From Glaucostegus cemiculus (Eukaryota), in NCBI GenBank assembly GCA_976551045.1, contig CDPCPM010000056.1:29760001-29824000 (forward strand): a DNA stretch of 64,000 bases. The letters are read 5' to 3'. Position 1 is the first letter of the stretch. Every line of letters begins with the position of its first letter. Positions 40,860-52,642 of this stretch are shown here, piece by piece. The notes under the pieces are model-generated. The model searched no databases, was not told the DNA's origin, and saw only the letters and a program-made list of their open reading frames with translations. Made by a program: the position numbers and the translations under genes.

Positions 40860-41230
40860 CAGTTTCTCTCTTTTCCTTTTAATTGCTTTGCATCTCTCCT
40901 GCAGATACTTGTAGGAGTGCTGCTAGCCTCAAACATCCAAGCCAAGTAGGATTATTCATTCACACATAAACTTTGCCAGTGAATGACAAAGGACAGCAAT
41001 ACAATCAAGCTCATCTTGTGCTTATTCATAAAATTCTAGTAGTAATTGCTAAGCTGGGATCAGAAGGAAAAGCCTCCTCCACCAGCCCCTCTCCTCCCCA
41101 AATACTCATCTAAAGATTTGGGGGACACTTTGACCAATTGTCTTGTAGCTAATCGTACTCTTGCTGAGATCAGTCAACTCATTACAAGATGGAAATCAAA
41201 TGTCATCTTGATCCATGTGTCTTAGCTATT
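40860..41230 (-). mobile_element. Ancient tRNA-derived SINE relic
   Basis: gctgagatcagtcaactca...ggaaatcaaa (antisense head) and accaattgt core, recalled from an old elasmobranch SINE. Family name uncertain. Confidence 0.45.
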
Positions 41231-43322
41231 CATGAGATGAAATTTGTTTTAGTAAAATATGTTTCACTACAAATTTAATATGCTAACAAGAGTTAAGTAG
41301 CGTTTTTGGAGTGGGCTCTTACAGTAACAAAACTACTTGAAATCTCTGCAGCACAATAAACTGAATCCTTCAATAAGAGGCTTCATTGCATCATTAGGAA
41401 TCCAAATGTGAACCTTTGGATATTTAATCAGTTCACATACCTGCCCCACTCTGAACTATCTAAAATATAGCTTTCAGCTATTTGACATTGCACCTACGCC
41501 AAGAAGAGCTACACAAGCAATTTCATGTTAATTAACTTGGAATCATCCTAATATAATAAAATGTAATTCCTCTTTCCTTTGCTTATGTACCATCATCCTG
41601 TCTTTCATTGTAATCTTAATCTAACCAAGTAATGGTAAATGACTTGTTATAAACTGTGGATCACTTGGTAACAGTGAAAAGTTAAATTCCTGATTAAAAA
41701 TTAAAAAGAGATTTCCCTTTTTATTTGCTTTCTCTTAATATGTATTGTCTACACTAATGAATAGCATGAAATTAATCACACCAATCACATAATACAATAA
41801 AGTATTCAATATCATTTTAGTAGCAAACCATTCCATATTAAGTGCCCATGTTTCAACAACTCATTCTGTAGAGGCATAGGACAACTTACCAATTTTTCAT
41901 CATACTTGCAATATAATTAAGAACATATCTGAACTTTTTCCTAAAATTCTACACACAGTATGATAAAGGTAAATGGATATAAATAAATAAGTTTTTTAAT
42001 AAGCAAAGGTAAATGAAAAGTGGGCTTACAAAATGATTGAATGGTCTCTCAAATTACACCTTTGCAATTGCTTGTTTTTCCCACTGCATTCTTTGCTGTT
42101 TACAATTTCACACCTCCACTTGTAGAACATTTAGCAAAGAGTCAAGAAGCCTCATCTTTCCTTCAGTACTGCCAATTATATTCCCTTGCTACATTTCACA
42201 GTAAATTTCTATCTCAAGGCTCTCTAATTCAGTGTGGCGCATTGGTAATGACCTGAACGGTAGCTGTTTCACACATACATATTTAATTACAGCAGCTGAA
42301 CAAATTACATATTTATGCTTTATAAAGAAGATTGTCATTCTAATTCATTTGCTATGCATGCAGGTACAAGACTCCCATCTGTGACTGCATCTGCGCAACA
42401 AGAGGGTTTGATGGGATAACATGCTGTCAGCAGAAGCATTGAAACTTGTACTAAATGGTCATTCCCCAGTCTGATGAAAATTTTGGGAACTTAAAATAAT
42501 TTCTTCTTAATTCAGAGTATTATTTCCCAGTTTATTATAGATAAGGTGGAATCAGTATCTGGCTAGACTATACCCTCTGCAATGATAACAGCACATATCA
42601 GCAAATAATAATGGAAAAAATTATCTTAATGTCAAGAAATATTTAATATTGGTCTTAAGTATTAATCTTTGTATCAATAATCTCACTATATACAACTGAC
42701 AACTAACACATACACAAACAAGTAAATAAATATGAATCCATCTTGTAAACAATAAATATGTACCAATTAATCATTTATGCTGTGTAAATTAACCTTGGAC
42801 TTTCAAATAGTTACTCTAAATTACAAACTTTTCTCCAGCAGCCTGCTATGAAATTATTATGTTTAATTACTTACTTTGTAACTTAACTTTTTTTTCTTGT
42901 GTGTCCCCTCTTCTCTCTCACCTCCACACTATACCCATTCCTGTATATTCCTTTTCTTCTCAAGATGCAGACATATTGGGCAATGATTATAGTATTACTG
43001 CCAAGTGTCCTGTCTGTGTAATAATTCCCTGATGGCTATTATATTAATCATCCCAGGCTTTCCATTATCCATTGAAAAAGCAATGCCAGTGGTTGATGAT
43101 TATTGTTCATACCACCTCTCTCAAGGGCCAATCACGTCATACATTTCAATGAACAACAAAAAGAGTTCAGACTGGGGATTTCACCAATGATGAAGAATTA
43201 CACTAATGCACGAGTACCAAGTAGCTTTCTTGATTAGTGAAAAACATTGTAGACTCCGTGAAATATTTAAATAATTAGCAACACCAGAAGTCGAGTCAGG
43301 TTAAATAGAGATAAACAATAAT

Positions 43323-43560
43323 GAACATAAGAAAGCAAAACTAGACTAATCTGCTCCTTGTGCCTGTTCCACCATTCAATACGATGGTTGTTAATTGTTC
43401 ACCTCAGCACCACTTTTCTATTATAAACTCAAGTTTCTTGATTCACTCAACATCCAACAAAATCTATTGATCTTTGCCTTGAATATATTCAGCAACTGAA
43501 CCTTCACAGTCCTCTTGGATGCAGAATTCCAAGATTCGCTACCCTCTGGGTGAAGAAATT
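43323..43560 (-). mobile_element. CR1 LINE 3' end fragment
   Basis: gaacataagaa...gcctgttccaccattcaat...gaattccaagattcgctaccctctgggtgaagaaatt. Confidence 0.75.
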
Positions 43561-44824
43561 AAATGAATAGTAATTTGACGAAAAACACTGACACAACAAT
43601 AAGATACATAAATAGGAAATCAATAAAGCAGAGGGAAATTTCAAATTAACATTACAAAGATGATCATAACATATTTTGTTCTGTTTGTTGAAATTGACAT
43701 GTACAGCAGCCACTCTTACAGAAAAAGTAACTGCATTTATACCACCACTATATTGCATCTTCCGAGGTTGGACTGCATCACTATCTGAAAGTGAACTATA
43801 TTGTTTAAGTGCTGTTCACCTGATTGTTACTCTTAAATTCTGGTTCCAGAAGCAAATTTACACTACTGTAAAGACATTTTCTGTCTTGTATAATAAATAC
43901 CAATTTATCCTCCACTGATAGACTGTATATTCACTTGTCTGGTTGCAAATTTTTATCCTGTTAGGAAAATGTAAACAGAGAACAGTTGAGCTGCCTCTTG
44001 TTGAATTCACTCCTCCCTGAGGGTTAAATGATGCAGATCTTCAACGGAAGCACAAAGTCAAAAACCCAAAGTTAATTCAGCTATAATTGGGTCTATAATT
44101 TAACTTTACTGCATATTTAAGATTTGCTAGGTAAATTGGTTTATATGCAAGCTTTTAATCTCACTGAATGCCACCTATGCCAATAGCAAAAAAAATCTAT
44201 TATCTTGTGCTTCCCAAAGTTTACGCAGTGAAACAAACAAATTAGTTCAGGCTATTGCAGTGGCAAGAATCAATGTAATTAGGGTTTAATTAGAGCTATC
44301 AGCAGCTCCTGTAATCTGTTGGGCTACTGCTAAAACAGACAGACAAGCAATACAAGAGCCGATACGCAAATGATCAGGAGAACAGCTGGCCTTGCTTGTA
44401 AAGTACTTAAAACCTAAGGTTGTACATGTTTTTATGAGATAACAATCTTAACTGGTTAAATTTGGCTCATCTTAAATTATTCAATTTGGTAGCTGGCATT
44501 GAAGCTGCTGTGCCATTAAAGAAAGATTGTAGCTCTAGTTCTCTTTGTTGCTCCTTCACAAAGTTACTTTTTCAGATAGGAATTTCTGTAATTGTGTCTG
44601 GTACCATTAATTAGATATAGCTCAAACTGTTATGGGTAGCACCAACTTTCTTGTCACTTTCTCCAGACTGCTCTGGTGCAATTACAGGTATAGTCTTGTG
44701 GGATGGTACCATTAAATGATCTTCATCTAAAACTATCTGGTGCATACCTTTATTTGAAGGAATTCTTTACTTCAAAATGAACAACCATAAAGACCAAGCA
44801 AACTAAAAGTAGTTCTTAAACATC

Positions 44825-45280
44825 AGCATTTCATTGTATATAAAAGAATTTCAATAATTTTAATCATTAAATTCATGATCTTAGGACATCTTAAGCTGCT
44901 CTCCAGCAGATGAAGCACTTTTTTTTTAAAGTGTTCTCATTGTTTTAAGAATCACAGTAACCAATTTGTCCACAACAAGGACATATATATATATATATAG
45001 CAAGGTCATAACAACCAGATAATCAGATTCTTAAAAAAATAGTCATGCAGAGCTAAACATTGGGTAGTGCAAGTGTTAGTACACTCAGTCTTTTCATCAA
45101 CATGGTGCATATGGGGCATTTGTATTCATCAGAGAGGATAGATGGGCTTTCTGTGCAATATCTCATTTTAAGGTCAACACTTCAGATCATACAACTGTCC
45201 CTTGGCTTAAACATCAGCTTCAATTCATGATCAAGTTTCTAGAGTAGACTTGCATACTTATTTTTGTGATTCATGGACAA
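44825..45280 (-). mobile_element. Deu-domain SINE, degenerate, with internal (TA)n
   Basis: accaatttgtccacaacaagg ... ataacaaccagataatc matches the antisense Deu core. Confidence 0.55.
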
Positions 45281-45549
45281 CCAAGTTATCTGCTGAGAAA
45301 TAGTAGAACAACACAATCAAACTTTGAAAAGAAACTAGAATGCAGACCAATAATTGAAATAGCCTTTCCCTAATGCCCATGTTTAAAGTGTCATAAAAAC
45401 GAACTGAGACATATTTTTCAGAAATTTAGGCTACATTTTGAAGGAATGCAGTCTGTCATTCCAGAGTGTGCTAGACGAAAAATGACCTTATCCCTGCACC
45501 TCCTCCCAACCGCTCTACCCCTCAGTAATGGATCTCCTAAAGTTACACA

Positions 45550-45552
<3 letters not shown>

Positions 45553-45585
<33 letters not shown>
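45553..45585. repeat. (GA)n microsatellite
   Basis: About 16 perfect GA units. Confidence 0.98.
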
Positions 45586-45586
<1 letters not shown>

Positions 45587-46219
45587 AAGACAACATTTTC
45601 ATTGACCTCCTATGCTATTATGAACACATTTCCCGTTACATCCACCCCTGCACCAAGCACAGGGAAATTCTAGCAGCAATCTGCTTTTCTTAGACAGCAG
45701 AAAACACCACAGTGACCCTCTTCAACTCATCGCTCATTTCCAGATAATTATTAAGCTCTGACCCATTCACCTCCCCTGCTTTCCTCAAGACTGCCACATA
45801 CCATCTCACTCAGCGTACAATAATACATCAGATGAGACCAAGCTAGAGGTGTATCATCAGATGAGACTCAGTGTAAGGTGTTATCATCCTGACATCAGTG
45901 GGTTTTCATGGGCAGGGACAAGTTGCAGAAATTCCACAAGATCCATTCTGTTCAGGCCTTTATTTTCTCCCACCTAATTTTATTGGACTTCAGGGAAATT
46001 CATAGATGTGTAATTTACAAAGGGTTAATACCAGTTCACTCACTGCACACCCCAGCAGAAGGGTAATCATGGTGTACTGTTAAAGGGAAAAAAAACACTA
46101 ATAATATCTAAATTTTCCAATTGGTATTGGTTTAGATGCTGCCAGTAAGGCATTTATTATGAATGATTTACCACAAGTGCTAAAATAACATTGTACTGCA
46201 CTATCTTGCTCTTAGAATC

Positions 46220-46595
46220 AGTTCAGGCTCAGTTAACAGTATTTTCACCTGCTTCAAAGGATTGGGCAACATTTCAGATTTGAGCACTCAGTATAGATTG
46301 CAGTACCACGTAAATGCTGTGTTATCTACACATTCCAATAATTTGAGTGATTATGAACCAAAGGAAAGTGGGGCTTTCTCCTAATTTCCTGGTCAACAGT
46401 GCTCCCTGAGTCAACACCATCATAAAAACAGATTAATTGAAGAACCACGTAATCACTATTTGTGAAACACTATTGTACACAAAACAACCGCTGTGTTTAA
46501 TGATATAATAATAGGAAATGCATTTCAAAGTAACTTACTGCATAGGGAAGCACTTCATGATATTGCTGGGAGATGCAATAAATACAACTTTTTTT
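46220..46595 (+). mobile_element. Deu-domain SINE, degenerate
   Basis: ggctcagttaacagtattttcacctg head; tcctggtcaaca...tcaacaccatcataaaaacagatta core. Confidence 0.55.
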
Positions 46596-47204
46596 CTATC
46601 TTGTAACAATGTCCTGTTCAATGAAAGCCAATTTTGCCAACCAAGGTGATGGACACATACCGTTGAGCTGACCCCAGAATTTCTATTCGCATAAACCTCA
46701 AGTGGAGTAATGCTGGGATGCTGAAGTAATACAAGTTGACTAAAAGCAGATTCTGGGATATTCCAATTCTAATTTTGCAGATGTGTTCCCCTGGAGAAAA
46801 TCTTGGTCAAATTAACTGCAGAACGTGGCTTGCAAATAATGCCAGGTTGTTGGAAAAAAAACAAAGCCCCCAAGTTTTCTGACACATTAGTGCACAATAA
46901 CGGGGAATAATTTCAAGAGTTGTGAGCACCAGCTGAATGTAATTGATGCTGATTGAAACCAAGCCAACACCTCTTTAAGGAGGGTTAATCCCTGACTGCA
47001 GCTACAGGTGGATGTCATTGCACAGTAAAGATTCATACAGCACAGAAACAGGCCATTCAGCCCACTGAATCCACATCGACCAGTTTAGGGAACATTCAGG
47101 TTTGCAATGCTGAGGCAGGTGTCAGAAAAGGCACCCAATTTCAGACAAACCACTGGAAATCAAAATTGAAGAGCTGATGACCGGGAAAGAGATTTTGCAT
47201 AATA

Positions 47205-47300
47205 AAAAATATAAAATGCTGGAAATACTCAGCAGATCAGCCCACATCTATGGTAAGAGAAACCAATCTAACATTTCAGGTCAATGATCCTTCATCAGAG
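47205..47300 (-). mobile_element. Penelope-like terminal fragment
   Basis: aaatgctggaaatactcagcagatcag...aacatttcaggtcaatgatccttcatcaga. Confidence 0.75.
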
Positions 47301-47679
47301 AGGTTCAGCTTGCTTGAAGGCCCAGAGGGGTTTGGAGGTCAATAAAAGTAACAGTAGGAGTAATGTCCAATGGACCTAAAACAGCCCTGGAAGATATTTA
47401 AAGACCTCACATACATGCATGATGAAGTTAGTGAACACACCAACAACTACACAAGCAAGGAGAGGTCTTTGCTCTCAGTTCCTCACCTGGCCATGCTGGA
47501 AGCCCAACAGGACCATTATTAATAAAATGCCCACATTATTTCAAAACACACATCAGGCCTCACGCAAAAAGAAGAAAACTCTTTTCCCCTTGCAGCTTCA
47601 AAGTTCAGCCCCACAGTGCACAACCTGCTCTTCTTCCTTATTCCCAGCAAGCCTGTAGCAATTAAGATAATAAAAAAAA

Positions 47680-47927
47680 AGATGCTGGAAATCTGAAATA
47701 AAGAACAGAAAATGCTGGAAACACTCAGCAGGTCAGGCAGCATCTGTGGAAAGAAAGTTAACATTTCAGGTCAAAGACCTTTCGTCAGAATGAGAAAAGT
47801 TGATCTTTTCATCCATGGGCCTATCCCAATTCTGACTAAGGATCTTTGACCTGAAATGCTAACTCCATTTCGCTTTCCACAGATGTTGTCTGACCTGCCA
47901 ATTGTTTCCAGCATTTCTGTATTTTAT
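47680..47927. mobile_element. Penelope-like terminal fragment, inverted pair with hammerhead-like cores
   Basis: About 95-bp inverted arms around a ~40-bp spacer; minus strand 47788-47760 reads CTGACGA-a-aggtc-ttt-gacct-GAAA-tgtt. Confidence 0.85.
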
Positions 47928-50900
47928 GTAGTAATTAAGCATCCTTTTAAACCCATGGCTTCCGTTGGCATTAATTGCATATTCATAGCCCAATGTGGGA
48001 GAGCGGGTGTACGTGAGTATTTCTGAGGACTGATGCCACTGCTGTGCACTCTGCACATTTTAGGCATACACACATCACTTAATGTTACTAATAGTGCAAA
48101 GTAGACATTAAAGTTATAATTGTGATTTGCAAACAAAGACCCACAATACATTCAAAAATAGCACAACACAGTCAAATATCTATTGCAGATTTTTACAAAA
48201 CTTTTATTGCAGATAGACAAAAAGTCATGATGGTAAAGAATGAAAAGAAACTGCATTTTTTTAAAATTATAATGGAATGTTTGTGGTACTTTTGGTTTAC
48301 ATGACATAATTAAAGGTAGTGAGTTCACCTTTGGTACAGGTGTGAGGTTGGTGATATCACATTCAGCATCTGTGATACACCAAGGCCATGCAATTCTGAC
48401 TTCCAGTAGAATTAAGTGGTCTCTGACCTCAAACGTTTGTCGAGCCTCTAATGATGGTTTGGGTAATGTTCCTCTGCAAACAGCAATTCTGCAGAAAACT
48501 GTGGACAAACAGCACTGTGCAGGTTAGCATGGCCCTGATTTCTGCATGTGTGTACTGCAGCATGGGAGTCAGGAATGGTCTGGAGGTTAGATGCCACTGC
48601 AGCTGACCTCCCACTCCACCACTGGACTCACCAACAAATCCAGGCAAGGAGCATACATATCCTGAGTTGAGGAACCAGACACATATCATTTGGTACCCCT
48701 CATCTTTCTTAGTGTGAACCCACTAATTGGAATGGGGTTGCTGAGTGGATGAAAGTGATGATTAGCTGGGTTTTTTTTTACACGATTTCTATTAATGCTT
48801 TTAATTGAGTTGTATTAGTTAATTTTCTTTCAAGTTTTAAAAATATTTTAGCGTATTTCAACTATTTGGAACTTTTCTGATTACCAGAGACACACAACAG
48901 TTGAAAAGCTCTTTGCCACCACAAACTGTCAGAAGAATATGAGGCCAGTTATGGATCACTCTGCTTCACAGAATGGTGGTGGCAGTGGGATATGGAGCTC
49001 AATTTCTCCCACAGGCCCATGAAGTGTTAATGTGGTCACAGAGGTTGCATAGGGGACACACATAGGATGTGGGCCGGGTGAAGCATGGTCTGGCCTATCG
49101 TAATAAATAGGCCTGCTCAGGTCTTGTAAAATTCTGAATCAGAATGCAACCTTAAAATCTTTGCAAAATCTGCCCCCTTCCCATCCCCCAATGTAATTTC
49201 CTTACTGTAGTTTTGAGCCAAGTTTCATGTTTCAACCAATCAAGCATTTAGTCTTCTTACAGGGCAATTAGCTACTGCATGGCAATAATTATAGTATCCT
49301 TAATTGCTTGTGGTGGGCAGCTCTACAATGTCTTCCTTTAAGAAAGGCAAGGATCTCAACATTAAAACTCAGTTGTTAGACAAGATTGCATCAACAGAAC
49401 TTTTCAGTAGCTAGGATCATTCATTTGAGGGGTGGGGAATGTTAGTTGGAGATGCAATTGAGATATAATTCATGTATTGAAAATTTTTTGGTAAATATTT
49501 GCAAATTATTACCTGTAAATACAAACAAATACATAAGACTTGATATTACCCATCAGCAAAGTGAAATTTTGTATTTTAAAACTCCTGCAGGAGGTAGTAT
49601 CTGCTATCCTGAAAGTTATGTGGGGAAAATGCCTTGTCCTTGGATAATAATTTATCTTCGGGAATACACGACACTAGAACTAGAGAAAAATTATAAGTTT
49701 TTTCTTTGTAGATCATTAATGCAGCCTCTCAATTATACACCAGCCCTTTGGTCTTCAAAGTCACTCAGAACATTTTACCGAAGTCATTTTTGTGTCAAAC
49801 GTGACAGTACAAAAGATGAAAAGCATTATAGGTCGAGAAAAAATATATACAAGACAGCGATCAATGGATTTAATTATTTACAATGTAGTTTTTGAAAAAT
49901 GAATAAGATGAAGAAATGCAATTCGTCAGATTGAACTGTGAGAGATGTCAACAGTGATATGAGACACATGCTAATTACAAATTGCCTGTCTCTTTTTCTT
50001 TGCGTTTCAACGAAGTCCGTCTAACAGCTGAGTGAACTCAGTTCACTAGTCTGGCTGCTCTGGGGACCCTGTAATGCAGGCATTGATCTTTACTAATTCA
50101 GAGTGTACTGTACTAAGCTTTCCTCAAAAAGGTACAATGAGAGCTTTCAATTTTTAACCTGGTGACGTCTTTCATAGACTAATGCAGAGACTGCAATTTT
50201 TTTTTCACTCTGCATATTAAGAAATCATATAATGACAGCTCTTTCAGCCTGGCTGGAAGCCTTGTGTGATATATATTATCTCTTGGCACTTATTTCAATC
50301 ACCTTGATTTTTAAGTACAAGTGAAAAGAGACTGTCAGTCACCCCTTATGAACAAAAAACTTAATAATTCTCCAGCATTTGCACTCATGACCAAAACATC
50401 TGGTCAAGCAAACCCACAAGCTATTTATTTCCTAAGAGTATAACAAAAACCAACACTTAAAACCACACCCTCTCTTGGCCCAAACCTATTAAGGGAACAT
50501 ATACTTGTCCATAACTGTAGGCTGATCTCAGAGAATTATCTCAAGACCTTTTGTGCTAAAATACCAGCAAATATATTTTAACTTGGTAAATTACATTTTA
50601 CTACAAGAACACCTAATACCCAAAACATTTTTGGATCCAATTATACCATTAAATTTTAAAGTTTTCTACCAAGCTGTCAAAACATTGAAATTTAATTGGA
50701 CAAAATATATTTTGCTCTCCATCTAAAAACATAACTAAATCACCATAAAAACATTGGATTTATGTCATAGGCCTCAAGATTCTCTTGAAAACTGGGGAAA
50801 GGTGACTCCAGAAATAAACCAATAGCTGTACTATTCTATGAATGTTGAATACCCAAGCTTGTGGCATTAGTTCAACTGCACACTCTGCTCAATCCAGAGT

Positions 50901-51344
50901 GTTGCTGTCATCCCACCTGTAATCTAGTCATAAATCATTGCCAAGTGTCAGAAATGAATTGCAGTTTGATTATTGGTTACTGTGAACCAACCCCCACATT
51001 GTCCTCCCCCTGCCCTTTTGATTTTCTCTCAAGAATTTTTTTTTTAAAGGCAAAATTGCTTAAATTCATAGCTTACTGTCTGTTCTCTAAAGTTATGACA
51101 AGGCTCCATACAAAGCAGAAGGTTAACACCACAAGACTTTGAAAAATCTTATTAAGACTTAGAAAATGCAAAAAGAAATTGACATTATTTATTCAAAGCA
51201 GTTGCTGCTGGTGAAATGGATTTGCACACATTTGTCTCTCGGCCATTATCAATACAAACATTCAAAGACATCATCAAATGGCATGTACAATTAGCAACTC
51301 ATGTTTTAAGTGCTAACATATGTAATGTTAAGGAAGAAACAACC

Positions 51345-51670
51345 GGCATTTATAACATTTTTTTCTCCATTTGTCCCAAGGTGCCTTGCAATGAATACAG
51401 TAATTTTCAGAAGTAATTATTGTTGTAATGCAAGAAATATGGCAGCCAATTTGTATGCAGCAAGGTTTCACGAAGTAATGAAATAAGTGAATGGATTATC
51501 TGCTTTAGGTGTGGGCCAAAGGATAAATGTTGGCCAGAATGTCAGGAAAACTCCATTCTTCTTTGTATAGCGCTACAAGCTTTTTAGGTCACCTGTTTAA
51601 TGTCTTGTCAGAGGGATATCTGATAATGCAGCATACGTTTGTGACTTAAGAGGTGAAGTTTTATCACTGG
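51345..51670 (-). mobile_element. Deu-domain SINE
   Basis: ggcagccaatttgtatgcagcaagg ... ggataaatgttggccagaatgtcaggaaaactcc. Confidence 0.7.
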
Positions 51671-52109
51671 GCTCAGACCCAAAAGTGCTGAAAAAGCAAG
51701 ATATCACAGAGATAAAGGAATTGTAACAGACTTAATGTTCAACATGCATAATCACTATTAAACCAGAACCAACAAAGCAAACAGAGGAGAGAACTATAAA
51801 TCCAAAATAATAGATGTGAACTGGAGAAAGCCATACTCAAACTAACTAGTGATTGTGAAAATTTCAATGGAGTCAGACACAGATTGTCACGTATTGATGT
51901 ATACTAATTCTGAACATTTTTGGATACAGTTTTATTCCATTTCTCTCATTCAGTTTTGTGCAGTTCCAGAGTACACGGTAAAAGCGTCATAATATCTGCA
52001 ATTCCAATGTAATTATGATGACTGGAAAATGTCAGAAATATATGATTTTATGTCTACCCAGCATACCATTATAATCATGATCTGTTATCCCTCTTCATGA
52101 TTTTTCACC

Positions 52110-52500
52110 CTTCCACAGTCCATCTCTGAGGTCTCTCTTCTGTTGTCCAGCTTAATGCGAGTGTTGCTCAGTTCCATTCTTAACAACCATTTGCAGACTG
52201 AAGATCTCTAGCAACGGTTTCCTTTTTCACCCTCTCAATTACCTCCAGAGTCTTCCAATGATTCAACCTCGAACTCCTTCTCGTTATCTACATGCAACGC
52301 TTTGGTAGTGCCATCTGCAAGCATGAGGTCAGCTAATGATAATCACCCCACCTTTTCATTACTAATCTTAACTCCATCACCATCTCCATGCTTTCAAAAT
52401 GCTTGTATGATACCTAGCATCATCCACTTAAAGACTGGTAAGACTAAAGTTATAATTTTCAATTCTTACCACAAGCACTACATTTGTCACTGATTCGAAC
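52110..52500 (+). mobile_element. Degenerate L2 RT fragment
   Basis: Remnant TSRVFQ*FNLELLLVIYMQRFGSAICKHEVS (cf. TSGVPQGSILGPLLFLIYMLPLG) and GKTKVIIF. Confidence 0.6.
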
Positions 52501-52509
52501 ACCCTGTTC

Positions 52510-52642
52510 ATGTGTTAAGTTTTTTTTTGTTTTTTTGTTCAGTGTGTCTGTGTGTCTCTGTTGTTTGTTATTTAATGGGACGAGCACCTGAGGAGGATGG
52601 TATCTCGCTCCTATGCATACTATGTATGTATATGGTTGTGAC
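52510..52642 (+). mobile_element. Rex1/Babar-type 3' tail inserted in the L2 relic
   Basis: Ends gtgacaataaaactgattctgattct (AATAAA plus short tandem tail). Confidence 0.55.

Noticed and set aside
49446-49895. 149-aa plus-strand ORF (likewise 2533-2967 and 28068-28484)
   Set aside because: Non-ATG starts, no recognisable domain, low-information composition; chance ORFs under a prokaryote-style ORF caller.
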